Assembly (NCBI GenBank): GCA_965207375.1
Contig: CBDBMG010000003.1
Span: forward strand, 800,001-864,000
DNA: 64,000 nucleotides
Origin: Nitrosopumilaceae archaeon
GTDB lineage: Archaea > Thermoproteota > Nitrososphaeria > Nitrososphaerales > Nitrosopumilaceae
Direction: 5' to 3'
The notes below the pieces were generated by a model. It was not told where the DNA came from. It did no database searches and saw only the letters and a list, made by a program, of their open reading frames with translations. A program made the position numbers and the translations under genes. This document shows, piece after piece, positions 26,852 to 40,473 of this stretch. The stretch's first letter is position 1, and each line of letters starts with the position of its first letter.

Positions 26852-27925
26852 TTAATGGGTTAACTTTCTTAATGAGTCTAGCACTAACTGCTTTTATTCA
26901 ATAAACTCTTGCTGTGTTAACACATTTTGCTCCAAGAGTGCTTGTAGCTCACGTAATTCCTGTAATTTCTTCATTCTGAGGTCAGTTATTTTACTTGGGG
27001 ATATTCCAACACCATTAGACTGAGTGGTGTTAGGGGAGGCCATACTAGTGGAAATACTGTTGGAATTATTGTTGTTATTCTCAATCACTAATGAAGCACT
27101 AGTTGGTGGGGGCTTTACAGCATCTGTAAAAGTTTTAACAGCTCCAGTAATAGCATCAGCTAAAGACATCTGCTTAGATTTCTTTGGTTGATTGACAAGA
27201 AACTTATAACATCCTTACTATCATACTTACCAGTCATTATTAGCCTTGCCCAGCACCTGAGTTGTGGAATAGAATATTTATTGCCATGCTTTGTTTTCAA
27301 CTGTTGATATATCTCTTCTAGTTCATCTTCTATTTGCTGTCGTTTAGACGGTGGCTCGTCTTCAGCTTTTTTGTGTCGCTTACCCTCTAATTGCTATTGA
27401 TTCCTTGCTTCACACCACAACATAAAGGTTCCTTTTAATTTACTTAAATTCTTATTCATGTTTTCTAAATCCTTCTGACACATCAGCCAATACTTTGTCA
27501 ACTGCTTACCAAAAAAGTACCCTACTTTAAAATCAATGGTTTCAGGTAACAAGGTGCCAAGCTCATTCATAAGTTTCACCTTGACTTCAGCGATCGAGTG
27601 AAATTTTTCATGAAAGCTATGAAAATCTCGTATTATGAAATCACTCTTTTTGGCTGGGTTAATTATTTTTACTCTAGTCATACTCTTCCTACAATAAAAA
27701 CAAAACATGATAAGAACCGTACATGCAGCCATTTTACATGTAAAGCCTTCAACCCTTTCGTCCTCCTGCCAAACTCTAAAAATGACGTAATTCAGGTAAC
27801 CGAATAAAACAGTAAGTTGATTCAACGATACATCTAACAACAAATTAACTCACAATGATTGGCTCTTCAGAAGTTAAAACCTCGGTTTCAGACGAAATGA
27901 GCAAAGAATCATACAAGGGATCCAT
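26852..27925 (-). pseudogene. Transposon-associated protein with C-terminal SHOCT-like domain
   Basis: FKVGYFFGKQLTKYWL..LWCE, LKTKHGNKYSIPQLRCWARLI, C-terminus LRELQALLEQNVLTQQEFIE*KQLVL; in-frame stops; 5' start uncertain. Confidence 0.6.
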
Positions 27926-28672
27926 TTTAACACACTAAAATCATGTCAACAATATTTAAACGCTGGTGAGCTGTACGGATTACGGATTACGAATTTAAGT
28001 TGCAAGTTTCTGTGAACTGTCTGTAATTTTGCCTAACAGTTATGCACGCCTCGCAAAGTATTATTACATTCTGGGCAAAGGTTTGCGAAGTACGCCGGTA
28101 CACGCCCAATTATTATAGGCTATATACATATCGTGACGTAGCGGCTATTCGCCAAAAGTTTGGCTAAAGCGGTTAGCCTCAGACACTCAGCTTGCGAAGG
28201 TACCGCTTTAGGGCAGCAAAGAACGCAGGATACTTTGCAAAGGTATTTGCTTTGCATGCAAAAGGATATAGTGATGATAGTTTGGCGTGGCCTTGCCTCT
28301 ACACGCTCACTAAATTATTTAGATGCATCTGTTAGGCTTGCTGTTAGGTTAGCCATACCGTTAAATAGACCATGCACACGTAAAGCACGACCATGGACGT
28401 GTAAAACGCACTGTGCTATACGAGAAGTATGCAGGATACTACGCGAAGGTTTGCATTGTGTGACAAATTATGCCTCGCTTCGCAATGCATCGCATACGTA
28501 GTTCTTGTAAGTATTCTGCATACGTACGTATATACAGTACCACGACTCACGAAGTATGTCATTGATTGCAAATCGCGTGACAATTTCGCAAATAACTTCG
28601 TGATTTAGCGCCTTACGCAAAACTTCACGAATGTATCACGACCAACTCGCAAACTTTTTTATGCAAAGTACC

Positions 28673-29233
28673 GTAATATGGAGTGATGAGACCACTGTGC
28701 AGTTAGAAACTCATCGACATTTCTGCTACTGAAAAATAGGAGAGAAGCCTAGATTAAAGCCCTGCCCTAAACATCCCATCAAAGTCCATGTGTGGACGGG
28801 CATTAGTAAAAAGGGAGCCACCAATGTCTGTATTTTCGAGGGAAAGATGGATGCACCACTTTTTTGTCAGATTCTTTGGCAGACACTTGTACCATTCATT
28901 CAAGAGAAGTTTCCTCCGCCTGCTCTTCACAAGCTGATGCAGGACAACGATCCAAAACACGCCTCCTGTTATGCTCAAAATTTCTATGAAGAAGCTGGAA
29001 TTAACTGGTGGCAAAAACGCCACCTGAGTCGCCTGACTTAAACCCGATCGAAAATGTCTGGCATGAACTTAAAGAACACCTGCGAAGAGAGGTAAAGTCA
29101 AGAAACAATCAGGAACTTATTGATGGTGTTTCTCAGTTCTGGGCCACAGTTAATATACACAAGTGTTTATGCTATATTAATCACTTGAGAAACAAAAGTT
29201 ATTGAAGCTAATGGTGATGCTACCGGCTACTGA
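28673..29233 (+). pseudogene. Tc1-like DD34E transposase catalytic domain (5' truncated)
   Basis: VIWSDETTVQLE, HVWTGISKKG, MQDNDPKH, TPPESPDLNPIENVWHELK, ANGDATGY*; frameshifts. Confidence 0.88.
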
Positions 29234-29845
29234 CTCAACATGCCATTATACAGCTGTTTTGTGATTTATGTACGTACTTGTCTTACTTATACTGCATGAT
29301 TAATCATTTTTATGCATGCATTATTGTGTTGTAACTTTTAAAGTTTAACAAAATCTATTCTGTGATTGGCTATAATTAACAAAATGGAGACGGCCAAAAA
29401 GATATTGTAATGTCTCAAGAAGCTTGTGGAATAGGGGTTGGATAAAAGCTATAGTAAGAACATAATGTTGCTATGGGTGTTGTGAACTCAGCATAAAATA
29501 ATGGGTTCATAACGTCATATGAAAGATAATCGCCATTGCTTGTTGGTAAGTGCGATGCTAATTAATCAGTCAACTGTATAATTTTACTGTTTATGTTCAG
29601 TGCAGAGGCAGACTAAATGTTTACAAATATCCAAATCTGTGAACTGAATTCTTCAGTCCATCACCAAAACATTAGGATACAAGCCTGCTATATCATGTTA
29701 ACTTGTAATTACTAGCTACATGCATGAGACCGATTTAAAATACTAAAGACATCTAAATTATCCACTTGATCATATAATATTTTCCTAAGCATACATACAG
29801 CATTAATTTCTATAAATCATCAATATTGTTAGATATGGATCAAAG

Positions 29846-30930
29846 TCAAAGTGTTCTCCTTGCATTGATCCTAAGGGTTTGACATGACTTGGAAATTGAT
29901 GATCTACACAGTGTCCAAATGTTCTCAAGATCTATATCTGACATGGAGGGACGTCGTGAATGCACCACGGTTTTGATGTAATCCATTTTTTTCTTATCAA
30001 GACTTCCAGTATTTTCCTCCCACTTAAACTACTTTTAATAAGCTCGTCTCTGCAAAAATTGCATCTCTTGCTAAAGCTTTTGCCAATTCTCTAAGTGAGT
30101 TAACATCAGTACCAGGATAATCATCACTTGCTCTACTTCACTTGCTCTACTGGAAAAAGTTTCGGTGGGGTGGAAAATGGTGGTGGCGGTGGAATCATTC
30201 GTTTCTGTGGTATGTTATTTTGTGGTGTAGACCATGAAGATACTGTGTGGCAAAGAGGTCCAAGTCTTCAGTTCCACTCTCCAGCTCTATCAACAAATCA
30301 TCTGAAAGGGAATGTAAACTTTGTGTTGCATCAGAACATGAGGAATGTTGTTGGAATGAAGAAAATATCATCTGCTGAGTAACTGGTGTGCAGCTGTTTT
30401 GCCTGTGTGACTGTAAGCTGGATTGTTGTGGAGTGATGCCTTGCTGTAAGGAGGCCGAGGAAGACTGTCCAAACTGCTCAGTGTTCTGATGTAGTTGAAG
30501 GGTTTCTTGCAAGGGATATGAAGTAGCTGATGGCTGTTGCTGTAACTGATGAGAGAAAGAAGGATCCTGCTGAGACGATAATGGCTGATATTGTGAGTAA
30601 TTAGAATTCTTCATCAATTCAGGAGGCCGTAAGTTCTGATTGGCAGGTGATTGCTAAGAATTTTGCTATTTCAAGTTAAATTCAACTACGTATATTGGAC
30701 AGTAAACTGATTATCTGCTGTTGTTGCTCAAGCAATTTCCCAAGATTATTACCTATGTAAACAATATGAAGTAACCAGCTATGATTATACTTTACACTGA
30801 AGAGAGAGGCTTACCTTCAAGGGTAGAAATATTGTTTTCATTCTTGAGCTGTTCATTACTAGTGTGTTGTTGTACATCATCTTTATGAAGTTGATTATAT
30901 GATCGTCCTGTCATACTATTGTTTTCTAAA
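29846..30930 (-). pseudogene. BEN-domain protein gene, copy 3
   Basis: IPPPPFSTPPKLFPVEQV, DYPGTDVNSLRELAKALARDAIF, LDKKKMDYIKTVVHSR..IWTLCRSSISKSCQTLR; Q-rich linker; frameshifts; convergent with the Tc1 transposase. Confidence 0.78.
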
Positions 30931-30964
30931 ACATATTCATATGGTTACTTCATTGTTACTTTGT

Positions 30965-31608
30965 ATCATTAAGTATGGTAGTACTTAATAGTAGGGATTG
31001 TTAGGAAATCATATGGCTTCTGGAAAAATCGCACTCTAAAAATCAACCTTGCAATAGGCTTTACCCGAAAAAACCGACTGGAATGCATTGGTAAGGCTGT
31101 AATAATGCTGTACCTTGGTTAAACGAAGCGACAAGTCGAATATTTCCACCTACAGCCAACTTTGAAAATTTCGAAATTCACCTGTATTTCATCTGCCAGC
31201 CTGCCTGCCTGCCGTAAGACCGGGTTGCGCTAGGTGTAGGGCTCCAGAAATTTCACATAATAAAGGTAATGGCAGCAGATGTACGAAAATGTTGTTCCGA
31301 AGGCGATTTACCCACTGCGCGATGGCGATTCCTTTTATCCTTCATTCCCTTCCTTGTTCTTCTATATTCCTTTAGCAAGGTGCAACTCTCACCGAAAGTG
31401 ACGATAGCCTGTAATGGCATCTGCTTATTACGTCACACAAAAACCTGGCTTGCACGTGATATAATTAGTACCGTAAGCACCTGTAACATTTTGTGCTCCT
31501 GTAACATTTACAAGCGCCTGTAAACAAGCATAATAATTATTATTATTACACATTTTGTGCACCTGTAACTTTTTGTGCGCCTGCTAAAGATTATTGAATG
31601 CTTAGCAT
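30965..31608 (+). repeat. Interspersed repeat (inverted copy at 50845-51404 + 56800-56966)
   Basis: Long sequence identity in opposite orientation; provides the empty-site sequence for the Zator-like insertion. Confidence 0.85.
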
Positions 31609-32471
31609 GCCCTTATAAAAATTTGCATGCATGCGTACACATGCCATAAGAAAACTTTTAGTAACATAATGTTTGTAAACTGCATAAATGCATTTGGCCC
31701 CCATGCACACATACAGTTTATTTGCATGTTAGTGCATGCATGCAGTTTGCATATGCATGCAGACACGCTCACAAGGTCAGTTAGAATTATCTTGCACACA
31801 TGCAGCATGTGTGCAGCATGTGTGCAGCTGTTTATAAACATGTGCTTTTTATTTGCATGCATTAAATAAGTTCACCATAAATAAATGATTATCATACATG
31901 ATCAGTGTTCTACATGTATACAATAAATGCCTTACATCTCCCATGTTCTTTAGTGTTCTATGAGCCACTGAACAGGCACTGTTGATGACAACATTTATGG
32001 CCTGTGGTGTGAGGTCACTTTCTCCCCCATATGATGTATAGATCATTTCTAAATAGTATTACAATTGAATTAGTCAAATTATGAGAGCGTATATAGTACC
32101 TTTGAGATGCTGCAACTTCCGTTCATCCAGTTTTTCTGATTTAGAGTTCTTCCTTCCCATGGCACAAGATTTTCCAAGTGTCTCCACCCCAAAGGTCAGA
32201 ATTAATAATTTTCTAAAAGCAGCTTTCCATCCCATTCTCTTGTCCGATAAAATTAGTTGCACAGCTGCAGATTCCGACTCTCTTCATTATTTCTAACATC
32301 AGGGAGAAAATTCTCTAAAACAGATATTCGCTGTTTAATTCCTTGAATTTCGCTTTCCATGTTACAAAGTACCCTCCTTATGTTTGTTGGCTGATTTTCA
32401 AATGAACTTAATACCAGTCCTTATTTAAAATTTCATCATCAGGCAAGATGCCGTCTAAATTAGTCAGTGTT

Positions 32472-32750
32472 ACTGGTGGATTGTAGGCAGTTGTGACTAA
32501 CACTGGTTGATTGTAGGCAGTTGTGAATAATGTTCCTGGACGATAGGAACTTGTGACTAAAGCTGGTGGATTGTAGGCAGTTGTGGCTAAAGCTGGTGGA
32601 TTGTAGGCAGTTGTGACTAACACTGGTGGATTGTAGGCAGTTGTGACTAAAGCTGGTGGATTGTAGGCAGTTGTGACTAACGCTGGTGGATTGTAGGCAG
32701 TTGTAACTAACGCTGGTGGATTGTAGGCAGTTGTGACTAAAGCTGGTGGA
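32472..32750. repeat. 30-bp coding minisatellite (TTAYNPPALV)
   Basis: About 9 units of ACTAA.GCTGGTGGATTGTAGGCAGTTGTG. Confidence 0.9.
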
Positions 32751-32811
32751 CAATAGGATCTTATGGCTGTAGTGCTTGTGACTAAAGTCGAATGAGAGGT
32801 TGTGAGTGGTG

Positions 32812-35094
32812 TAAGGTTGGGCGATATTTTGATAATACCGTGGTACCGCGGTACTAGAGTATTGCGATACTGTAAACCTTGACACTTGAATAGCTAGCGA
32901 TATTACCGTTTATGCGGTTTTATTGCAGTATCGCCGCATGCGCAAGTTATTTGACGTCACGGTATTGTAAATGGTGGACAGCGAGAACAACTTGAGTATG
33001 GGTAAAGAACATAAAGATGAAGACTTACGTGAAGTATACGTGTTAGTGAGGAAGCCGAACACTACTAGCAAGGTTTGGGAGCACTTTGGTTTAAAGGGCA
33101 ATAAGGACGGCCTTCCCGATCCAGCGGAGGTGGAGAAGCCAATCTGTCGCCATTGTCATAAGGCTATCTGGGCAAAGTGATCTAATACTACTAATTTATT
33201 TACTCATCTACAGGACAACCACCCTGAAATTTACGTTGAAGTGTCCGCAAGCTAGAAGCCAACTAACCAGCCAACACTTGCGCAAGTTATCGAGAGGGGC
33301 AAGAAATATGAAGGCACTTCTAAGCGAGCTAAGGAACTGGACTATGCTGTAGCTTATTTCATAGCAAAAGATAACCAGCCTTTTTATACTGTAGAGAAAG
33401 AGGGATTTAAGAAAACGGTAAGCATTTTTGACCCGAAGTATGCCTTACCTTCAAGAAATTTTTTTGCTGAAAAGCAAATTCCTAAGCTTTACAATGAGTT
33501 GAGAGATACTGTAGTTAAACCAGCCATTAATGGAGCCACCTACTATGCAGTGACAACTGATTTGTGGACCAGCTGTGCTAGGTACCCTTTCATGAGTTTT
33601 ACAATGCATTTTATTGACGATAATTGGCAACTGAAGACATTTTGTCTTGACACAGTACCTATTCTAGATGACCACACTGGCCAAAACCTAGCTGATGCAG
33701 TTCAAGACATTCTGGGAAACTGGGAGCTTGATTCAGTTAATCTGATATGTGCAACTACGGATAATGGATCAAACTTTGTGTCAGCCTTCACGATTCTAGA
33801 TTGGAGGAGAATTAGCTGTTTTGGACACAATTTGGATCTATGTGTTAATAAAGCCATTCAATTAGAAAGGGTACAGAGGGCTTTAGGAAGGTGTCACTCT
33901 TTAGTTGCTCTTTTCAATAGAAGTTGGAAAAAAACAGGGACCTGCGAGAGAAACAGATCCAACTTGGGCTGGACCAGCACAAGTTGATATCAGATGTTGC
34001 AACAAGATGGGGGTCAACATTTCAAATGATTGACAGAATTTTAGAGTAGCAACAAGCTGTTAGTGCTGTTTTGGATAATGACCGTAAGAATTGGCATCAC
34101 ATGCCAACTGATCAAGAATTTTCAGTTCTGGAAACTGTGATTTCAGTTTTAAAACCTTTGTCAGTTTTCACTGATGCCCTTTCTGGTGAAAAACACCTCA
34201 CCATTTCTGCAGTTCGTCCTCTTTTAAGGCATATTTTAGATGAAATTCTTGTAGTGTCAGCTGAAGACTGTTCTCTAAGCAAAGAAATGAAGGAGATTAT
34301 TTCAGATAAGCTTCAGACATACTACATACATGAAGAGGTATCTGACTTGCTAGATAAGTGTACTTACCTTGATCCACATTTTAAGGCCAGGTACTTGAGT
34401 GATGAAGAACGAACCCAATCTCAGATTAAACAAGAAGTGGAAGATGTTTGTGTTTCTGTAATACAAGAGTTACATGAACCAGAACAACGTACAACTGAAG
34501 GTATTCTAGCTGTTCCACCAGCAAAGAAGATGAAAGGGCTGGGGGCTATCCTCAAAAGGATAGTGCAGGAGAAAAGGAATGAACTAGACGATTCCAGGTC
34601 ACCTCAAGAAGTGGTACAGAAGGAAACTTCTCGGTATCTCTACTTGCCAGATTTGGACCCAGAAAAAGATCCTCTGAGTTGGTGGAAAGATGAAGCAAAA
34701 CACTTTCCTATACTAGCACGACTTGCCCGCAAGTATTTATGTGCTTGTGCTACAAGTGTTCCTTCGGAACGAGTTTTCAGTAAAGCCGGCTATATAGCTA
34801 ATCATTTTCGTCCACGTTTATCTGCTGAAAATGTTAACAAACTGGTGTTCTTGTCTAAGAACTTGTAACTCTACAACTCTGAGGATGTAGCAGCTGATTA
34901 GCTATCATGATTATTTCTCTACAAAATACATGGTTTATAATTATTTGAATTTTTTATATGTACATAAAATGTATCTAATTACTGTATATTGATGTAAATC
35001 ATGTAATACATGACATTAACAATATTTGTAATTATTGCCTAGTCATCTTCTTGCAATTATCGTGAGTAGAAAATCTTGGTATCGCCCAACCCTA
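32812..35094 (+). mobile_element. Complete hAT (Ac/ZBED1-like) transposon
   Basis: TIR TAAGGTTGGGCGATA / TATCGCCCAACCCTA, perfect 8-bp TSD GAGTGGTG. Confidence 0.95.
32971..34868 (+). pseudogene. hAT transposase with BED finger
   Basis: SKVWEHF..CRHC..NTTNLFTHL..H, TTDLWTS, TTDNGSN, CFGHNL, DVATRWGST, ATSVPSERVFSKAG; nonsense codons and a frameshift. Confidence 0.93.
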
Positions 35095-36489
35095 GAGTGG
35101 TGGCTGGGACATTACAGTTTGTAATATAGTAAGGGGTGGAGGGAGTGGTGGTACCTCATCATCATCATCTTCTTGAAGTATTTGTTCATTTGCTGCTCTC
35201 CTGGCATCTTAAGTTTTTCTTTGCAGTTTCTTTTTCTTTCTTAGTGACTTTAATTGTTCATCATTATCTGTTGCCTTCTTTGTGGTGGCATTTTGCTTTG
35301 TGGCGGTATTTTGCTTTGTGGTGGCATTTTGCTTTGTGGCGGCATTTTGCTTATTCTTTGTGGTGGCCAGCTCTTTCATAGAGGTAATCAATGAGCCTTT
35401 GTCATCACCTGCAATTATTTAATTATGATGATGAATCATGAAATATAATAGTACCAGCTGCTAAGACTAGCACTGTAAGTTTTACCCCCCCCATTTCACT
35501 CCGACCTCTTCTCCTACCTGCAATGTTCCTGAAACAATGGCACTAGCAGCCACAACACTGTGTTGTTGAAATAGTAGCTGCACAAGTGAATTGTTTAGTG
35601 TTCTTTACTGGATGAATCGATGATAGACCCAGTGTAGACTCCCTTCCTAGGCCACTTAAACTTCACCTTTTCTCCTTCAAGTGATAGAAGCACTTTTGCA
35701 TTTCTCTTGATAATACTTACGCTGTTGTCCACTTCCCAAGTAATAAGAAGAAATGCCATTGTATGATTGAAAAGGTACATTACTAAGTAGTGCACCTGGG
35801 TGCTTTAGTGGATGAAGGGGATTGGCTGCCACGCATGTAACATAAATCGTTTTTCGTATACTATAGTGTGTGTAAAGATTTTCCGTTTTGCATAGCTCTT
35901 TCTTCATTATTTCTTGTACTCGCTATGGCTAGTTGTGCCGAGATTTTAAGCGATGTTAATGTTCCTTTGACATTAAACTTATCTGTGGATGCATCGACTA
36001 ACTTGGTGGAGGATGGTGAGCCAGTTATGCCCACCAGCCGATTTCACCATAGAAGAAGCGGTCGGCATACCAATCAAAGTAAATAGGTAGTTCCATTACT
36101 ATGTTCCTTCAATAATATAATAATACTATTAGTATATCGAGAATATATCATTTCGACGATTTGCACAATTAGCTACATTTCCCGGTGACTTAATTACATA
36201 AAGAAAAATACATAATTACATAACCATTATACAATAATAATAATCTCATAAATAATTAATTAAATAATTAATTAATAATTAATTAATGTGTGGCAAACTG
36301 GGAAGGGCTAGGTCTATAATAACACTACCAAGTGAAAACATTTGATACAAAGGGAAATTAAAACAAGGGAATTTTTAAAAGACCTTTTCGTTGCTGAGAT
36401 ATCCCAACTTCTTCAAAATTTCGCCATTTTCTCTTCATTTCAAAAACGAAATCATTTTTAAGAGCCTGCAATTAGCAAAGTACTTAAGT

Positions 36490-37160
36490 CAAAGCCTTAT
36501 ACTATAGCTTAAAAGAATCGCTATTTTATATAGAATGTAATGGTGTTTGTTTCAATTCTGTAGGAGCTGGCATCTAGAAGTTATGGGGTAATTTCTACTG
36601 ACATGCAAAAACAAGTTAAATCGCTGTTATTGCCGTGATGACATGCAATTACAAAAGGCCCCATAAAAACCTCTGTGTTTCCTCTATGAAGCTCAATTAA
36701 AGTTTAAAGGATTCATTATGCTACAGCGAATCGATTTATGTACGTAGATTTGAAGCTGAATAAGCAAGATTCGTACAGCTGTGGCCTCCTCTAGGTGGCA
36801 TTCACGAAGAAAACTGGAAAACCCATGGAAATATTTTTACAACTGTCAAGAAGAAACGTCCGTTGCTGTTTTACAAGACCATGTAACTGGCGATGTATTT
36901 AACACACAGCCACGTAATATAGCTTAAAAGAATCGCTGTTCTATATGGAATAGATCAGTCTTTGTTTATAATCTATAGAAGCTAGCATTCAGAAGCTATG
37001 ACCTGCCTTCTACTGACATGCAAAATTTATTTGACGCCATATTAAAATACAATTACAAATGGCCATATAATGACCTCCCTGTTACTTGTATGAAATTCAA
37101 ATAATGTTTAAAGGATTTGTTATGCTACAGCAAATCGATTGATGTACATATTAAGCTAAA
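36490..37160. repeat. Diverged ~250-bp direct repeat pair
   Basis: ATAGCTTAAAAGAATCGCT...TTCTACTGACATGCAAAA...TTATGCTACAGC.AATCGATT at ~36504-36760 and ~36918-37160. Confidence 0.75.
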
Positions 37161-40100
37161 CAAACCGACATCACAGGAATTGTGAGCCCCTCTTCACTGG
37201 CTTGTGAAAGGGATTCCGTGTACGAGATAAGAAATTGTTTACAAGAACTAAGAAAAACATACGTTGCAAAGCACTCGTGTGTCCTATGGCCTTGGAATGT
37301 GGCTTAAAAGATTCGCCTGAGTGGATTGATGTGTGTTTCAAATGTATCAGCGAATTTGTTTAAATAGTATGGAACCATTTCATTGGTATGCGTGCTGTTA
37401 TAAAAGCGCACGAAACAGCCGACTCATAAATAGGTGTTAAAGCTTGCCTACTTAAACATATGGTTACAAAACAAAGCCTTTGATTATAAAACCAAAAGTT
37501 TTTACCTGTAAACACAGCCTAACTAGCGTATTGGTTCGTCTCCGAGTTTAACTAAAAAAAACGGAATTCCGTGTTACATGCTTTGCTAACACGCATACGT
37601 TGAGCAGAAAGAGGTACAGCAATCCGTTCCCAGTAAATATTCCAGTCTTCCGAGTAATATATAAACCTTGAATAGCTTGTTGGCCAGTGGAATAGTAAGA
37701 TTTGATCTCAAGAGAATATTCAGCTAGGGGTAACGATGACTACTCTATTAGAGAGTTTTCGTAAGTGAAGATACATGATTGCTCAGCTTTCAGTTCCTGC
37801 CCTCAGGTAAACTATACTGCCCTATAATATATGCATATTAGATAATGATTATTATCAATTATACCTAGTTACGTACGTGTGTCAAGACTCATATAGGTTA
37901 CTATCCTAAGATTCATATAAGTTATAAGCAGATTACATCCTGTAAATACTGGTAACTGGCTTATTATATTACTCAGTTATTTTACTCAGTTATAAAAGGG
38001 TACTATCCTTACCCTGAATATTTGAAAACTGAGGAAAACAATATATCGAAAAATATTATAGTTCAATACATTTGTAATTGTAAAGTAGCTAGTTATACCA
38101 ACAGTTGCAATGTGTGATAATTGATGAAGCCAGGTATCATAGAACTATTTGAAAACTGGAAAATGATATTGTAATTCAAATACAGTAGTAATTGTAAAGT
38201 AGCTAGTTATATCCAGTTGCAATGTGTGATGAAGCAGGTATCTTTAATTGTACATCCCTTGCAATTGGTTTTATATACGTATGGTTATGTAGTCCACAGG
38301 CTAGTAATAATAATATTAATAACGATTTCTTTGCCACAGAAGAAATACCAGGACACCACACCAACTTGTACTTCAGCTACGTACGTAGCTGTATTATTAT
38401 TGTTGTTATCATTGATTTTACAGTACAAGAATAAAGTATACATAAAAGATAAAACAATAAAATAGAACATGTTACTGACAGCTGAAGGTAATTCATGCCA
38501 ACAGCTTAGGGGAGGTAGCTGTAGCTACGTACATAAAGGGAAAGAAACTAACTAGCTATTTAAAAATGAATGATTGTACATAGCTAATACACAATTCACC
38601 CAACTCTTCCTTTGCCAAACTAATCCCGCTTTAATATTACGGTAGCCATACAGCCTCAAACTGACTAACGTGGAGCTTCAGCATCCAAAGAACCGGAAAC
38701 ATTAGTTACATTAATACTGCTACCTACAAGCTCTTCATTCAATAATTTCATTTCATCTTCCGCTAACTCATCGCTACCACAGAACTCTCCAGGTTCTACT
38801 GCTAACATGCACGTGTCCGAGCACGTGTCATCTTTTGTAATCCTGTCAGCCGTATTGTCAATATTGCTCAAAGTGGTCAGATCAATAATGTCACTACTGT
38901 TGTCTTCCTTTGTCCTGATCTTCTGACAGTCATACAAGGTAAGTTGCCCTACGCCTGAAGGAACTAACGACGTTGACCGGCGCTTCGACATAACTCACAT
39001 TCGAGCTCACGCGACAAATATAATCACATTTCTTTTAATCGTGGGTTTAAGTTTAAACATGTGTAAAGAATGTCTACTATATACATGCTAGTGCTACACT
39101 ACTGGCTGGTGAGTGAAAATAAAATTATAAATAGCATAATCCATAATTCATAATGTTTTTGGCTGCTTTGGGCTCCAGACTGCAATTGCCCGGGCTAAGC
39201 TATCAAGTTGCCCAGGCTTAAGCCCGGGTTAGCCCAGGTGTAGCTACACCATTGGATGAATGTAGCTACGTCACTGGATGAATGTAGCTATCTGGCAAGT
39301 CTTCAACATAAAGCCACACAAAGTTGAATATCTGTTTCTGGTCCAACCATCATTCAATAAATTGACTAGGCTACCACATTTATATTTCATTTTAAAGCTG
39401 TGACTCAACTTTTCTCAGCAACAAAATTTTATGCATATTTTTCAAATCTGTGCGTATAAGGAAAATTGTTTGTGTGTGCGTCTACGTGTATGTCAGTGCT
39501 GGGCCAGGGCCCCCTACTTTACAGCATGAATTTCTAAGTCTTACAAGTCTGTTCAATACAATTAAGATCCATTACTATACTAATAAAACAGTCACTATCA
39601 TTGTGACAAGTGAATACACTCTAATAAAACAGTCTTGCTTAGCACAAATTTTACACATGAGCATATAATGAGCCCCTTACAATTTTTTATACGTATATGC
39701 ACAGCCCCCTAACAACTAGCCTCTGTAAGGATTGAAATTGTCTGGACACTGGTTCTATTAGAAACTCAGTGACTTTCCCATTGATAATTTGACCAGTCAA
39801 ATGCTTAACATGGTATCATTATCAAGTGCTGGTATGTGTATGTCAGTGTATGTGTTATCAGTTACCGGACAAAAATGATCACTGAGGCAGGAGGACTAGA
39901 AACATATTAACTTTGCTTGACCTTACCTTTAGTGAGCAGAGCTTGATGCCTAGCTTCTGTTCTTTTCTTCTCATAGTTCTTTTTTGAACATAGCTGTAGT
40001 TTTCGATGCCCTCTCCTTTCAGACATCAATAAAAATTGTGCTCATCTATTTTGGCACTAGCAACATAGTTTGGGATAAAAGTGATATGATTTCTATTAGC

Positions 40101-40473
40101 TGATGCTTGAACTTAACAGTAATTGTTTTAGTTCTTTACATACAAATATTTGAGTTAAACACCCAAAGATTAATAAAACCTCTTTTTAAGCACAAGGAAT
40201 GTAGGAACTACTGGGAACAACGACAATAAGCTATTTACACTTGTTATGACATGATATTAAAACAGAAGACTGTAGTAGCCCTTCTACCATACTCTCCACA
40301 CCCAAAACTCATAATAATTGCACGAAATGTATTAAAATCTTCTTTATTAAGTTATTCACACGTATTACGAATAAAAATGCACTTGATATGTTAGGCTTAA
40401 ATTATAGTCCAAATATAATTTACAAGACACGATGAGACACGAAAGGAACAACACTTCTAACCGAGCTATAATA

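Larger units (their letters stand above)
22267..28673. mobile_element. Putative 6.4-kb Tc1/IS630-type transposon with two cargo genes
   Basis: TA|CGGTATGTTGCATAAAAAGTTTG ... CAAACTTTTTTATGCAAAGTACCG|TA (imperfect TIR pair), TCGCGA/TCGTGA-rich subtermini; contains a BEN gene, a DD34E transposase and a SHOCT-like gene. Confidence 0.6.
31849..35759 (-). pseudogene. BEN-domain protein gene of a second family, split by a hAT insertion
   Basis: N-term MAFLLITWEVDNSVSII..KVKFKWPRKGVYTGSII; ATTKQN and TTAYNPPAL repeats; BEN-like AAFRKLLILTFGVETLGKSCAMG..KLDERKLQHLK|..INVVINSAC. Confidence 0.65.

Noticed and set aside
38665-39253. 108-aa ORF near a hAT-like end
   Set aside because: Possibly a transposase N-terminus, but no diagnostic motif; too weak to call.
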